From positions 195,176,001 through 195,240,000 of the forward strand of contig NC_091977.1 in assembly GCF_044704955.1 (NCBI RefSeq): 64,000 nucleotides of DNA, written 5' to 3'. The position numbers and the translations under genes were made by a program. The stretch is from Pristiophorus japonicus. Lineage: Eukaryota. Under the pieces are notes generated by a model. That model saw nothing but the letters and a program-made list of their open reading frames with translations. It did no database searches and was not told where the DNA came from. The number at the start of each line of letters is the position of its first letter. Position 1 is the stretch's first letter. Shown here one piece after another: positions 37,755 through 50,510 of this stretch.

Positions 37755-39057
37755 ACCAGCCTTCACAGGAGTATTATAAGAAAAAATATTTGCCACCTTG
37801 CCACATAAGCAGAAATGAGGGCAAGTGACCAAAAGCTTGGTCAAAGAAGTAGGTTTTAAGGAGTGTCTTAAAGGAGGAAAAAGAGGCAGAGAGGTTTCGG
37901 CAGGGAATTCCAGAGCTTAGGCCCTAGGCAACAGAAGGCACGGCCACCACTGATTGAGCGATCATAATCAGGGATGCGCTAGAGGCAGAATTAGAGGGGC
38001 GCAGATATCTTGGGGTGGGGGGTGGGGGATTTGTGGGGCTGAAGGAGATTACAGAGATGGGGAGGGGCGAGGCCATGGAGGGATTTGAAAACAAGGATGA
38101 GAATTTTGAAATCGATGTATTGCTTAACTGGGAGCCAATGTAGGTCAGCGAGCACAGGGGTGATGGGTGAACAGGACTTGGTGTGAGTTAGGACACGGGC
38201 TGCCAACTTTTGGATGATCAAGTATACGTAGGGTAGAATGTGGGAGGCCAGCCAGGAGTGTGTTGGAGTAGTCAAGTCCAGAGGTAACAAAGGCCTGGAT
38301 AAGGGTTTCAGCAGCAGATGAGCTGAGACAAGGGTGGATGTTGCTGAGATGGAAATAGGTGGTCTTAGTTATGCTGCAGATATGTGATCGACAGTTAATT
38401 TCAGGTTCAAATATGACACCAAGGTTGCGAACAGTCTGGTTCAGCCTCAGACAGAGGTTGTGGAGAGGGATGGAATCAGTGGGTAGGGAATGGAGTTTGT
38501 GGCGGGGACCAAAATCAATAGCTTTGGTCTTCCCATGATTTAATTGAAGAACATTTCTGCTTATCCAGAACTGGATGTCAGACAAGAAGTCTGACAATTT
38601 AGAGACAGTGAAGGGGTCAAGAGAAGTGGTGGTGAGATAGATCTGGGTGTCATCAGTGTACATGTGGAAACTGATGCTGTGTTTTTGGATGATTTCGCCA
38701 AGGGACAACATGTCGATGAGAAATAAGATGGGGGCCAAGGATAGATCCTTGGGGGACACCAGAGGTAACGATGCTGGAGCAGGAAGAGAAGCCGTTGCAA
38801 GTGATTCTCTGGCTACAATTAGATAGATAAGAATGGAACCAGGTGAGTGCACTGCCACCCAGCTGGATGACGGTGGAAAGGTGTTGGAGAAATAGAGTGG
38901 TCAACTGTGTCAAAGGCTGCAGACAAGTCAAGAAGGAGAGGAGAGATAGTTTGCCTTTGTCACAGTCACAAAGGATGTCATTTGTAACTTTGATGAGAGC
39001 CGTTTCGGTCTGTGGCAGGAGCATAAACCGGATTGGAGGGATTCAAACATGGAACTA
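37755..39057 (-). mobile_element. L2 LINE fragment
   Basis: TETALIKVTNDIL, GVPQGSILGP, HMYTDDTQIYL, HWLPVKQYIDFKIL. Confidence 0.9.
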
Positions 39058-39060
39058 CTC

Positions 39061-40405
39061 ATAAGAATATAAGAAATAGGAGCAGGAGTAGGCCATTTGG
39101 CCCCTTGAGCCTGCTCCGCCATTCAATAAGATCATGGCTGATCTGATCATGGACTCAGCTCCACTTCCCTGCCTGCTCCCATAACCCTTTACTCCCTTAT
39201 CGCTCAAAAATCTGTCTATCTCCGCCTTAAATATATTTAATGATCCAACCTCCACAGCTCTCTGGGGCAGGGAATTGCATAGATTTACAACCCTCTGAGA
39301 GAAGAAATTTCTCCTCATCTCAGTTTTAAATGGGCGGCCTTATTCTGAGACTATGTTCCCTAGTTTTAGTTTCCCCTATGAGTGGAAATATCCTCTGTGC
39401 ATCCGCCTTGTTGAGCCCCCTCATTATCTTATAAGGTTCAATAAGATCACCTCTCATTCTTCTAAACTCCAATGAGTGATAGGTTGAATAGGTTGGGTCT
39501 ATCTTCATAAGTCAACCCCCTAATTTCCGGAATCACCCTAGTGAACCTTCTCTGAACAGCCTCCAATGCAAATATATCCTTCCTTAAATACAGAGACCAA
39601 AACTGTACACAGTCCTCCAGGTGTGGCCTCACCAATACCTGTACAGTTGTAGCATGACTTTGCTGCTTTTATATTCTATCCCCCTTGCAATAAAGGCCAA
39701 CATTCCATTTGCCTTCCTGATTATTTGCTGTACCTGCATACTAACTTTTTGTGTTTCGTGCACAAGGACCCACAGGTCTCTCTGTACTGCAGCACTTTGC
39801 AATTTTTCTCCATTTAAATTATAAGTATGCTTTTCTGTTATTTCTGTCAAAGTAGATAACTTCAAATTTTCCCACATTATACTCCATCTGCCAAATTTTT
39901 GCCCACTCACTTAGCCTGTCTATATCCCTTTGCAGATTTTTTGTGTCCTCCTCACAATTTGCTTTCCCACCCATCTTTGTATCATCAGCAAACTTGGCTA
40001 CATTACACTCGGTCCCTTCATCCAAGTCATTAATATAGATTGTAAATAGTTGAGGACCCAGCACCAATCCCTGCGGCACCCCACGTCACTGTTTGCCAAT
40101 CGGAAAATGACCCATTTATCCCGACTCTCTGTTTTCTGTTAGTTAACCAATCCTCTATCCATGCTAATATATTATCCCCAACCCTGTGAGCTTTTATCTT
40201 GTGCAGTAACCTCTTAAGTGGCACCTTATCGAATGCCTTCTGGAAATCCAAATACACCACATCCACTGGTTCCCCCTTATCCACCCTGTCACTACATCCT
40301 CAAAGAACTCCAGCAAATTTGTCAAACATGATTTCCCTTTCATAAATCATGCTGACTCAGCTTGATTGAATCATGCTTTTCCGAATGTCCTGCTACTGCT
40401 TCCTT
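39061..40405 (-). mobile_element. CR1 3' fragment
   Basis: DFQKAFDKVP, KFADDTKMGG, RRNFFSQRVVNL; ataagaatataagaaatagg tail. Confidence 0.9.
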
Positions 40406-40446
40406 ATACTCCTGCTCCTACTTCTTATGTTCTTAAGTACAGAGAC

Positions 40447-43400
40447 TGTTATATATGAATAAAGAGTCAGACTGGATAATGTGAGCTCAAAGTAAAGTGT
40501 GACCTTAATCTTTTATTGCAGGTCTCCAGAGTGCCTCTCCATCCTGTGAGGCCTCCTTAGGTACCTGTGCTCCCAAGGGATTGTGGGATCCCTTGGGACT
40601 CCAGGGGATGAGCCCTCTGGTGGCTGTACAAGGTATATACAAGTTTGCATACATAACAACACCCCATCCCCCCAAAGTCAATAGTGTAACTATTTACAAG
40701 GTGAGTCGATCTGGGGCCTTTCTTTCCCTGGTTGATCGTCTCGGTGCAAATGCTGGTTTTGGTGAATCGTTTGTTGGGCCCTCGCTGGGCTGCTGTGCAG
40801 CTGGCCTTGCTGGGCTGCCTGGTGTGGTGAGTCCTGCTGGGCTTCTGCGGGTGATGGGTTCTGTTTCGTGGCCAACCGCGGTGTATGTTGCGGGGTCAAA
40901 GAAGGTAGGATCCAAAGTGGGTTGCTCAGGATAGTCTGTGAATCTGAGTTTCATTTGGTCCAAGTGTTTCCGATGAATGAGTCCATTTGAAAGTTTGACC
41001 TGAAACACCCTGCTCCCCTCTTTGGCCACAATAGTGCTGGGAAGCCACTTGGGACCTTGTCCATAATTCAATACAAATACAGGATCATTGATTTCAATTT
41101 TGCGTGACACATTAGCGCTATCATGATATGTACTTTGTTGAAGCCGACTGCTCTCTACCTGTTCATGTAGATCAGGGTGAACTAACGAGAGCCTTGTTTG
41201 AAGTACCCTTTTCATGAGTAGTTCAGCAGATGGAACCCCAGCGAGCGAGTGGGGTCTCATGCGGTAGCTGAGCAGAAATCAGGATAGACGAGTCTGCAGT
41301 GAGCCTTCAGTTACCCTCTTCAAGCCCTGCTTGATACTTTGCACTGCTCTCTCTGCCTGACCATTGGATGCTGGTTTGAACGGGGCAGATGTAACATGTT
41401 TGATCCTGTTGTGGGTCATGAACTCTTTGAACTCAGCATTGGTAAAACATGGCCCGTTGTCGCTCACAAGAACATCATGTAGTCCGTGCAAGGCAAACAT
41501 GGCCCGCAGGCTTTCATTGGTGGCAGCGGACGTGCTTGCCGACATTATCTCACATTCAATCCATTTGGAATACGCGTCTACAACCACGAGGAACATATTA
41601 CCCAAAAACAGGCCTGCATAGTTGACATGGACCCTGGACCACGGTTTGGAGGGCCAAGACCATAAACTTAGTGGTGCCTCCCTGGGTGCATTGCTTAACT
41701 GTGAGCATGTGTTACATCTGTGCACGCAGGACTCTAAGTCTGCATCGATACCGGGCTACCACACGTGGAATCTGGCTATTGCTTTCATCATTACGATGCC
41801 TGGGTCGGTACTGTGGAGGTCACTAATGAAAGTGTCTCTGCCCTTCTTGGGGATACTATCTGATTGCCCCACCGAGGCAATCTGCCTGTACAGACATTTC
41901 AGCTTTGTGCCGCTGGAACGGCTTTATCTCTCCCTGCATTTCCACTGCGACACTGGACCAGCTCCCATGAAGCACACAATTTTTTACTAGGGACAGTAAG
42001 GGGTCCTGGCTCGTCCAGGTTCTAATCTATTGGGCTGTAACGGGTGACTGCTCACTCTCAAATGCTTCCATTACCATGACTAAATCTGCGGGTTGTACCA
42101 TTTCCACCCCTGTGGTGGGCAATGGCAGCCTACTGAGAACATCGGCACAGTTTTCTGTGCCTGGCCTGTGGCGGATGGCATAGTTGTATGTGGACAACGT
42201 GAGCGCCCATCTCTGGATGCAGGCCGATACATTCGTATTTATCGCCTTACTCTCGGAAAACAGGGATATTAGTGGCTTATGGTCCGTTTCCAATTCGAAT
42301 TTTAGACCAAACAGATATTGATGCATTTCCTTTACCCCATAGACACACGCTAACGCTTGTTTTTCAATCATGCTGTAGGCTCTCTCAGCCTTAGACAGAC
42401 ATCTGGATGCATAAGCAACTGATTGCAATTTTCCAGATTCATTAGCTTGTTGCAATACACACCCGACACCGTATGATGACACATCACATGCTGGTACCAA
42501 ACGCTTACATGGATCATACAACACAAGCAATTTGTGTGAACATAACAATGTTCTAGCTTTCACAAAGGCATTTTCTTGGCTTTTGCCCCAAACCCATTCA
42601 TCCCCTTTTCATTGTAAGACATGCAGTGGTTCTAACAGTGTGTTGAGACCCGGTAAGAAGTTACCAAAGTAGTTCAGGAGTCCTAGAAATGACCGCAGCT
42701 CCGTCACGTTCTGTGGCCTTGGTGCGTTCTCGATTGCCTCCATCTTCGAATCGGTGGGCCCGATGCCGTCTGCTGCGATTCTTCTCCCCAGGAACTCCAC
42801 TTCAGGCGCCAGGAAAACACACTTTGAGCATTTCAACCTGAGCCCCACACGGCTGAGTCGACTAAGAACCTCCTCCAGGTTCTGCAGATGCTCGACTGTG
42901 TCCTGGAAGACCACTGTGTAAAAGACTGGCTTCAGTAAGCTTTCCATGTTTCTCTGGAATATCGCCGTGGCTGATCGAATTCCAAACGGGCATCTGTTAT
43001 AAATGAAGAGACCTTTGATGCAGTTGTGGCCTTTCGATGATTCCTCCAGCTCCTGCGTCATGTAGACCGAGGTCAAGTCCAGCTTCGTGAACATCTTTCC
43101 TCCTGCCAGCGTAGCGAAAATATCATCAACCTTTGGTAGTGGGTATTGAACCTGCAGGGAGAAACGATTGATAGTTACTTTGTAATCACCACATATCCTG
43201 ACAGTGCCATCTCCCTTGAGGACTGAAACAATTGGACTGGCCCACTCATTGAATTTGATCGGTGAAATGATGCCCTCTCATTGCAGCCGGTCCAGCTCGA
43301 TCTCTATCCTTTCTCTCATCATGTACGGTACTGCTCTCGCCTTGTGATGGATGGGTTGCGCCCCCAGAATTAGGTGGATCTGCACTTGTGTTCCTTGGAA

Positions 43401-44970
43401 CTTCCCGATGCCTGGTTCGAACAGCGAAGGGAACTTGTTTAAGACCTGGGCACACGAAGTGTAATCAGCGGACGAGAGCGCTCGGACGTCATCCCAGTTC
43501 CAGTGTATCTTTCCCAGCCAGCTCCTGTCGAGCAGCGTGGGACCATCGCCCGGTACCACCCAGAGTGGTAGCTTGTGTACCGCTCAATCGTAGGAGACCT
43601 TTGCAGTAGCACTGCCGATTATGGGAATCAGTTCCTTTGTGTAAGTTCTCAGTTTCATGCGAATGGGAGTCAAGACTGGCCTCGAGGCCTTGCTGCACCA
43701 CAATTTTTCGAAAGTCTTTTTGCTCATAATGGACTGGCTCGTGCCCCTGTCCAGCCCCATTGACGCCGGGAGTCCATTTAATTCAACCTTCAGCATTATC
43801 GGGGGACACTTTGTGGTAAGTGTGTGCACCCCATATACCTCTGCCTCCTCGGTCTGAGGCTCTGGTTCATCGTGATCTGCTGTGGATCTGTCCCCCTCTG
43901 CAACATGGTGGTTTGCAGGATTAACAGGGTTTGCAGCTTGCCTGCACATATGTTGGAGGTGTCCCATTGTTCCACAGCCCTTGAAAACATACCCTTTGAA
44001 GCGGCATGAATAGAAATGATGATCACCCCCGCAGCGTCAACAAGGTGTTAATGGCCTTGCATTCATCACCCTTGATGGTGGACGCTGAGGCACCTGCGGA
44101 CGTGCAGCTGCAGGCATGTGGGGCCTGCCTTGTACAATACGATTTGAAAACAACTTCACTTTGTTCACAGTACTTGTAGCAGCACTTGTGTGCTGAGAGA
44201 TTAGCTTAGTATTGTCACTGGTGGCAATGAACACCTGGGCTATCGCTATGGCCTTACTCAAGGTTGGGGTCTCTGCAGTCAAAAGTTTGCAAAGTATCAC
44301 TTCATGGCCAGTGCCAAGTACGAAAAAGTCTCTGAGCATGTGCTTCAAATGTCCTTCAAATTCGCAATGTCCTGCAAGGCGTCTTAGCTCGGCGACATAA
44401 CTCGCCACTTCCTGGCCTTCAGATCTTTTGTAGATGTAGAACCGGTACCTCGCCATCAGAACGCTTTCCTTCGGGTTCCGATGCTCCCGGACCAGTGTGC
44501 ACAAATCATCGTACGATTTCTCTGTGGGTTTCGCTGGAGTAAGCAGATTTTTCATGAGGCCATACGTTGGTGCCCCACAGACGGTGAGGAGAATCGACCT
44601 TCGTTTGGCAGCATTCGCTTCTCCTTCCAGCTCGTTGGCCACAAAGTATTGGTTGATCGCTCCACGAAAGTTTCCCAATCATCTCCCTCCAAGAATTTCT
44701 CCAGGATGCCCACTGTTCTCTGCATCGTTGGGATCGTCATCTGTATCTCGTCACCAGTTGTTATATATGATTAAAGAGTCTGACTGGATACTGTGAGCTC
44801 AAAGTAAAGTGTGACCTTAGTCTTTTATTGCAGGTCACCAGAATGCCTCTCCAGCCTATGAGCCCTCCTTAAGTACCTGTGCTCCCAAGGGATTGTGGGA
44901 TCCCTTGGAACTCCAGGGAATGAGCCCTCTAGTGGCTGTACAAGGTATATACAAGTTTACATACATAACA
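40447..44970 (-). mobile_element. Full-length but decayed Gypsy/Ty3 LTR retrotransposon
   Basis: 212-bp LTRs at 40447-40658 and 44759-44970 (TGTTA...TAACA); TSD GAGAC; PBS actggtgacgag; PPT; domain order gag-PR-RT-RH-IN. Confidence 0.96.
40694..44740 (-). pseudogene. Gypsy gag-pol, frameshifted
   Basis: Gag 44037-44740; protease MGLDRGTSQS (DTG mutated); RT FTKLDL...PFGI...VFQD with the catalytic segment deleted; RH ACDVSSYGVG...TDHKPL; IN VDAYSKW...SDNG...SNGQAER. Confidence 0.93.
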
Positions 44971-45149
44971 GAGACGTTGATAGATTAAGTGAGTGGGCAA
45001 AACTGTGGCAGATGGATTTCAACACAGGTGTGAGGTAATCCATTTTGGAATTAAGATAGATCAGAGTAGTTTTCAAATGGTGAAAAGCTGGGAATAGTGG
45101 GGATCTAAAGACATATAGGGGTCCATGAACACAGATCACTAAACTGTAG

Positions 45150-45235
45150 TGTCATCGACCTGAAACGTTAGCTCTTTCTCTTTCCATAGATGCTGCCTGA
45201 CCTGCTGAGTCTTCCCAGCATTGTTTGTTTCTACC
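45150..45235 (+). mobile_element. Penelope terminal-repeat fragment (3' half of the hammerhead motif)
   Basis: gtcatcgacctgaaacgttagctct...gatgctgcctgacctgctgag. Confidence 0.7.
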
Positions 45236-45479
45236 TAAAATAAAATATTGGTTTGTGAAAATCTGCTCAGTGTTTTTTTTACTAGAATCCTGTGCACTAA
45301 TGTTAAGTTTGGACCACAAATGTCATTATTAATATGTTCGTTTTTATATACTATCTGATGGCAAAGCGATTTAGAAGTTTTGATTCGTCTCCTTCATCAA
45401 ACACTTTCGGGGTTAAGACAGGAGAATTGGGTTGCAGACGGGATCAGTCAGAACGAGTTGAGAGTGGTTTAACCAGGTA

Positions 45480-45565
45480 GGCACGTAACTATCTGTCTGT
45501 CGCATCAGGGGCGTGAACGTCCCCCACTTCTGCTAGGTATAAATAACTGCTCGAGAGCTGCTATA
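45480..45565 (+). promoter_or_regulatory. Candidate Pol II core promoter (likely TMEM171)
   Basis: GC box GGGGCGTG at 45508-45515 and TATAAATA at 45538-45545, at the start of a non-repetitive CpG-rich patch (about 45400-46300). Confidence 0.6.
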
Positions 45566-45569
45566 CCTG

Positions 45570-45709
45570 TGTTTATCTGGTTACACGTCCCTGGTAGATC
45601 GTCGGCGGCACATGTTTAACATGAGCCGGATGAAGCAGTGATCCTCCCGGTGGTTCCCGGTAATTGCAGCTGTTGCATGGTCCAGCGCCGCTCCGCACAG
45701 CCCAGCAAG
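45570..45709 (+). other. TMEM171: Candidate first exon of TMEM171 (start approximate)
   Basis: Starts about 30 nt after the TATA box and ends at donor AAG/GTAACC. ATG 45677 plus 11 codons would join the 61355 exon in frame. Confidence 0.5.
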
Positions 45710-46339
45710 GTAACCCCTCCAGTCTGTCCGCCCGCCGCACCCGCTCTGCTCCCGGGCACTGTCTGCACGGTGTGGCGGGTCAGTCTGCCAGCCTTTGTAT
45801 CATGGACATTGCACATCTAGGTCGCTCGGTGTTCATTTCCAGGCAAAGCTGAGGCGTTTTCTCTCACCTTTCTAATCGCCGTCGCACTGCTTGAAATCTG
45901 GGATTTTTCACCCTTTGCTGCACCATCTAGCGAGTTGGAAAAGTCCTTTCATTTATCTTCAGTGTCATTTAGATTTGCCTTTATTTTACCTGTAGATTGG
46001 AATCTGGCCTGATTCTTTCTGTGCCCCGACTGTTCTCCTGACCCAGCCCTGAAATTGCGGACACTGCTTTGTCCGCTCCACCACAGTGAAGGCTGTTCTT
46101 GTTTTGCCAAAAGTTTCCGTGTAACATCAAAGTTCGGGAAGTAATCCGGCGCCTCTAGGTTTTGACCGTGCATGGAGTAAAATTTCAGTGTCGTGTCAAC
46201 CTGTTTTTTAAAAAATGCCATTGGACAATCCACAGCAGGCGCAGACCCCCTGGCACTTTCGAAATTTAGGCAGAGTTCTTTTAAATGTTTTGAGACAGCA
46301 GGCGCTCCTGGTCATGCTCTCAAAACATTCAAAATGTAA

Positions 46340-46436
46340 TAAAAACAGAAAATGCTGGAAATACTCAGCAGGTCAGGCAGCATCTGTGGAGAGAGAAACA
46401 GAGTTAACGTTTCAGGTCTGACCTTTTGTCAGAACA
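46340..46436 (-). mobile_element. Penelope terminal-repeat fragment
   Basis: Reverse complement of the 1830-1925 and 45150-45235 segments. Confidence 0.8.
46403..46435 (-). ncRNA. Degenerate minimal type I hammerhead ribozyme motif
   Basis: Minus strand GTT-CTGACAA-A-AGGTC-A-GACCT-GAAA-CG-TT-AAC. The core CUGANGA carries a G>A change. Confidence 0.6.
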
Positions 46437-47030
46437 TTTAAAATGTAGCAACTGGGAGAGGAGCTCAGCATTTGTGTGTAAGCGAGAATGTGCTCAGTTC
46501 TGTCGGACTGGAAGCCAGGGGAAGCCAGGGCAGTAGTGCTGGGAGTGATCCTATAGCTATTGGTCTTGTTGGTATGTACACTATCAGAAGTCACAGAATA
46601 ATTGCACTTTAAAAATATAGAATTGACTAACATGAACAGTTTGCCTCTTGTGTCATCTCTGCCTTTAAAGAATTATCGTAGTAATTTTTGTAATTGTGAA
46701 GATCTTCAGTTGATGTAGACTTTCTTTAGGTTGGGTGAGAGGGGCTTAGTTATGGTTTAAAGGGAATAATTAAAGTAACTTCCTACAGCGTTTCATATTA
46801 AACTAAGGTTACAAGTTATACTGCAAAGCAGTTTCAGGTGCATGTTGATGAACGTGCAATTATAACTTGTCAGGGTCTCATCTAATGCCTGAGCACACTA
46901 AAGCCTAAGTGTTGTGAACCCATCACCAGGAAACTATACTGCACTAGTTTGAGTTTGCACTAGCTGTGATATAGGTCCAGTGCAGTACACCGCCACATTT
47001 TAAACATGGAGCAACTGAGAACTTTTAAAC

Positions 47031-47481
47031 CGTGGCCCGGTGATAGCACACTTGCCTCTGAGGTTCGAGGTTTCAGTCCCACTCCAGAGTCTTGAGCACA
47101 TAATCCAGACTGACACATCAATGCAGTACTGACTGAGTGAGTGCTGCACTGTCAGAAATGTCATTTGGATGAAACGTTAACGTACGCCCCAACTGCCCTC
47201 AGATATGGACATAAAAGATCCCATGGCACTATTTCACAGAAGAGCAGGGAAATTCTCCTCTGTGTGCTGGCCAATATTTATCCCTCAACTAACATTACTA
47301 AAACAGATTATCTGGTCATTATCTCACTGCTGTTTGTGGGGCCTTGCTGTTTGCACATTGGCTGCCACCTTTCCTACATTACAACAGTGATTACACTTCA
47401 GAAGCACTTCATTCAGTGTAAAGCACTTGGGGATGTCCTAAGGTTGAGAAAGGTGCTATATAAATGCAAGACTTTCTTTCT
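47031..47481 (+). mobile_element. Near full-length DeuSINE (SacSINE1-like: tRNA-derived head, Deu domain, L2-like tail)
   Basis: Head with box A/B remnants (gtggcccggtgatagca; ggtttcagtccc). Deu domain gatcccatggcactatt..gaagagcaggg..ctggccaatatttatccctcaac. Tail gctatataaatgcaag(tctt)n. Confidence 0.8.
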
Positions 47482-48059
47482 TAAACTTTCTTAAATGCTC
47501 CACCTTATGCTCTCCCAACACCAAAAATTAGCCAGGAGAGAAATTCTATTGATCTCTCAAAGTATGTATGTGGAATGCTCCCTTGTGGTGGAGCTTGCTG
47601 TGACATGGACTGTTGCACTTAGCACCCTGGTCTGCTGGGTGCACATTGTACTTCACAAATACTCGTCTGAGGCTTTCTGATCTCGGTGTCTGTTTCCTTT
47701 GCAAACTTGTGAAATGACTTGGGTTATTCCTTACCTTAAATATGCGAGCTGCAATAGAATGCAGCCTTAGAGGCTCTGAATTTCAATCATTAATGCATTA
47801 TAGTTAGAAGTAAATTGAAATTTGATCCAAGGGACATTGTTTTTTTTTGTTCAGTTAAACAATCTGAGAGCAAGGGAGTGAAGTTGATTTGATAGCAACA
47901 AATACATCTTTTTAAACCCTCCACACTTCTTTAACAAGAAGTAGAAGCTCACAAAGCTTCTTTGCTAATAAGCTAGAAACCATCCATTTGGCTGTCTCTG
48001 CTGCTTCCCTCCGAAGTTTGCCCTTGCCCACTAAGCTAAGCCTACCTTTGCCTATCTCT

Positions 48060-50510
48060 TACTGTTAACCTGAACCCCTGCCCATCTCAAGTTACCTCCA
48101 GACTCAATTATTCCAATGTTCTCATAGAAACATAGAAAATAGGTGCAGGAGTAGGCCATCCGGCCCTTCGAGCCTGCACCACCATTTAATAAGATCATGG
48201 TTGATCATTCCTTCAGTACCCCGTTCCTGCTTTCTCTCCATACCCCTTGATCCCTTTAGCCACAAGGGCCATATCTAACTCCCTCTTGAATATATCCAAT
48301 GAACTGGCATCAGCAACTCTCTGCGGTAGGGAATTCCACAGGTTAACAACTCTCTGAATGAAGAAGTTCCTCCTCATCTCAGTTCTAAATGGCTTACCCC
48401 TTATCCTTAGACTGTATCCCCTGGTTCTGGACTTCCCCTGCATCGGGAACATTCTTCCTGCATCTCCTGGCCAACCTCTCACCTTGCATCCTCCGTATAC
48501 TTGAGCTTATCCAAAATTCTGCTGCCCGTGTCCTAACTTGCACCAAGTCCTGTTCACCCATCACCCCTGTGCTCGCTGACCTACATTGGCTCCTGGTCCT
48601 GCAACACCTCAATTTTGAAATTCTCATCTTTGTTTTCAAATCCCTCCATGGCCTCGCCCCTCCCTATCTTTATAACCTCCCCCTGGCTTACAACCTTCCG
48701 AGATCTCTGTGCTCCTCCAATTCTGTCCTCTTGTGCATCCCTGATTTTTTTGGCTCCACCATTGCATCCGTGCCTTCAGCTGCCTAGGCCCTAAGCTCTG
48801 GAATTCCCTCCCTAAACCTCTCTACTTCGCTCATCTCCTTTAAGACTGTCTGAAAAACCTACCTTTTTTTACTGAACTTTTGGTCATTTGTCCTAATCTG
48901 TGGCTCAGTGTCAAAGTTTTTTTGATAAGGCTCCTGTGCAGCATTTTACTATGTTAAATCCACTGTATAAATACAAGTTGCTGTTGTTACTACTTCCATG
49001 TCTTCTTCAAGCTCATCTTGTCCTTGAGACCTACCTCCTGCTCCCACGATCCCATTCCCACATGCCCTGACCACCCAGCTTTCCTTTCAAGCCCCCATGT
49101 TAATTGATATTGTGAATAGTTCCCTCTCCTTGGGCACTGTTCCCCTCCCTTTCAAAACCATATCACACCCCTCCTTTTAAACAAATAACACACACACTCT
49201 ATCCCTGTGTTTTTGCTGACTATTGCCCTATTTTCAATCTTCCTCCACCCCCCCACCCCCCCCCCCGCCCCAAGTCCTTGAATGTGTGGTTGTCTCCAGA
49301 TCCACCGCATATCTCCTGAAACTCAGTTTTCAATTCCTCCAATCTGGATTCCACCCCTCCTCCAGAGTTTATCATGGCCTGTATCAAAGTGATTGTGACC
49401 ATGGTTCCTTATTCCTCCTTGATTTCTCTATAGCTTTCAACACGGTGAATCACACCATCATACTCCAAAACTTCTGCTCTGTTGGATCTGCCATCATTTG
49501 GTTCCACTATTACCTATCTGATTCTAGCCAGAATAGCTCTAGTAATGGCTTCTTTTCCCACTGTTTCTCTGTTGACCATCTACATGTTGCCCCTTGGTGA
49601 TATTGTCCACAGAAATGGAATCAGCTCTACCTCTGACCTCTCAACCCCTCCACTGCCTCTGTTCTATCAAACTGCTTGTCTGACATTCTGTATCAGATGA
49701 TGTAATTTTCTCCAGTTGTTTTTGTCTTCCACTACAAATTGTATACTCTTGCCACTGACTTCATCCTGTTCCCTGGCTAATTTCTCAGGCTAAACCACAC
49801 TGTTCGCAGCCTCGGTGTCCTGTTCGGCATTGAGCTGAGTTTCCAACTCTATATAGTCTCTATCACAAAAACTTCCATCATCACCTCACCTGCTTCTGCT
49901 CCAACCTCAGCCCATTTTCCGCAGAAACCCTCATCTATGCCTTTGTCATCGCCAAACCCGATTGCTGCAATGGTATCCTGGCCAGCTTTCCATCCTCCAC
50001 CCTCTGCAAACTTCAGCTCATCCAAAACCATGATGCTTATGTTTTATCCCACATCAATTCCCACCACCCCATCCTCACTTACCTGCACTGGTTCCCGAAG
50101 AGCATATGAGGTTGACAGCTCATCTCCGGGGTCAAGCAGGACACCTCAAATTTAAAATTCTCACCCTACTGTTTAAATTCCTCCATGGTCTCCGCCCTCC
50201 CTATCTAACTTCCTCCAACCTTACAATATCTTCCCCCCCCCCCTATATTTCTGCCATTCATTCCACCATTGGTGTCCATTTCTTCATTCACCTAGCTCCA
50301 TGCTATGAAATTATCTCCCTAAACCCCTCTGCCTCTCCACTTTCATCTTCGCCTTTAAGATCCTCCTTAAAACACACTCTTTGACAATGCGTTTAGTCAC
50401 ACTTCTTGATCTTTCTCTTTGGCCCAGCCTATTTTTCCCTCATGCTGCTGTGAAGCACCATGGGACATTTTTCTATGTTAAAGATGCTGTAAGAAGCAAA
50501 CTGTTGTAGC
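48060..50510 (+). mobile_element. Two consecutive L2 fragments; the first is interrupted by a CR1 3' end
   Basis: LIQNSAARVLTCTKSCSPITPVLADLHWL and LLDFSIAFNTVNHTI; L2 tails at about 48990 and 50505. Confidence 0.8.
48123..48463 (-). mobile_element. CR1 3' end
   Basis: DAGRMFPMQGKSRTRGYSL...RNFFIQRVVNLWNSLP; catagaaacatagaaa tail. Confidence 0.9.
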
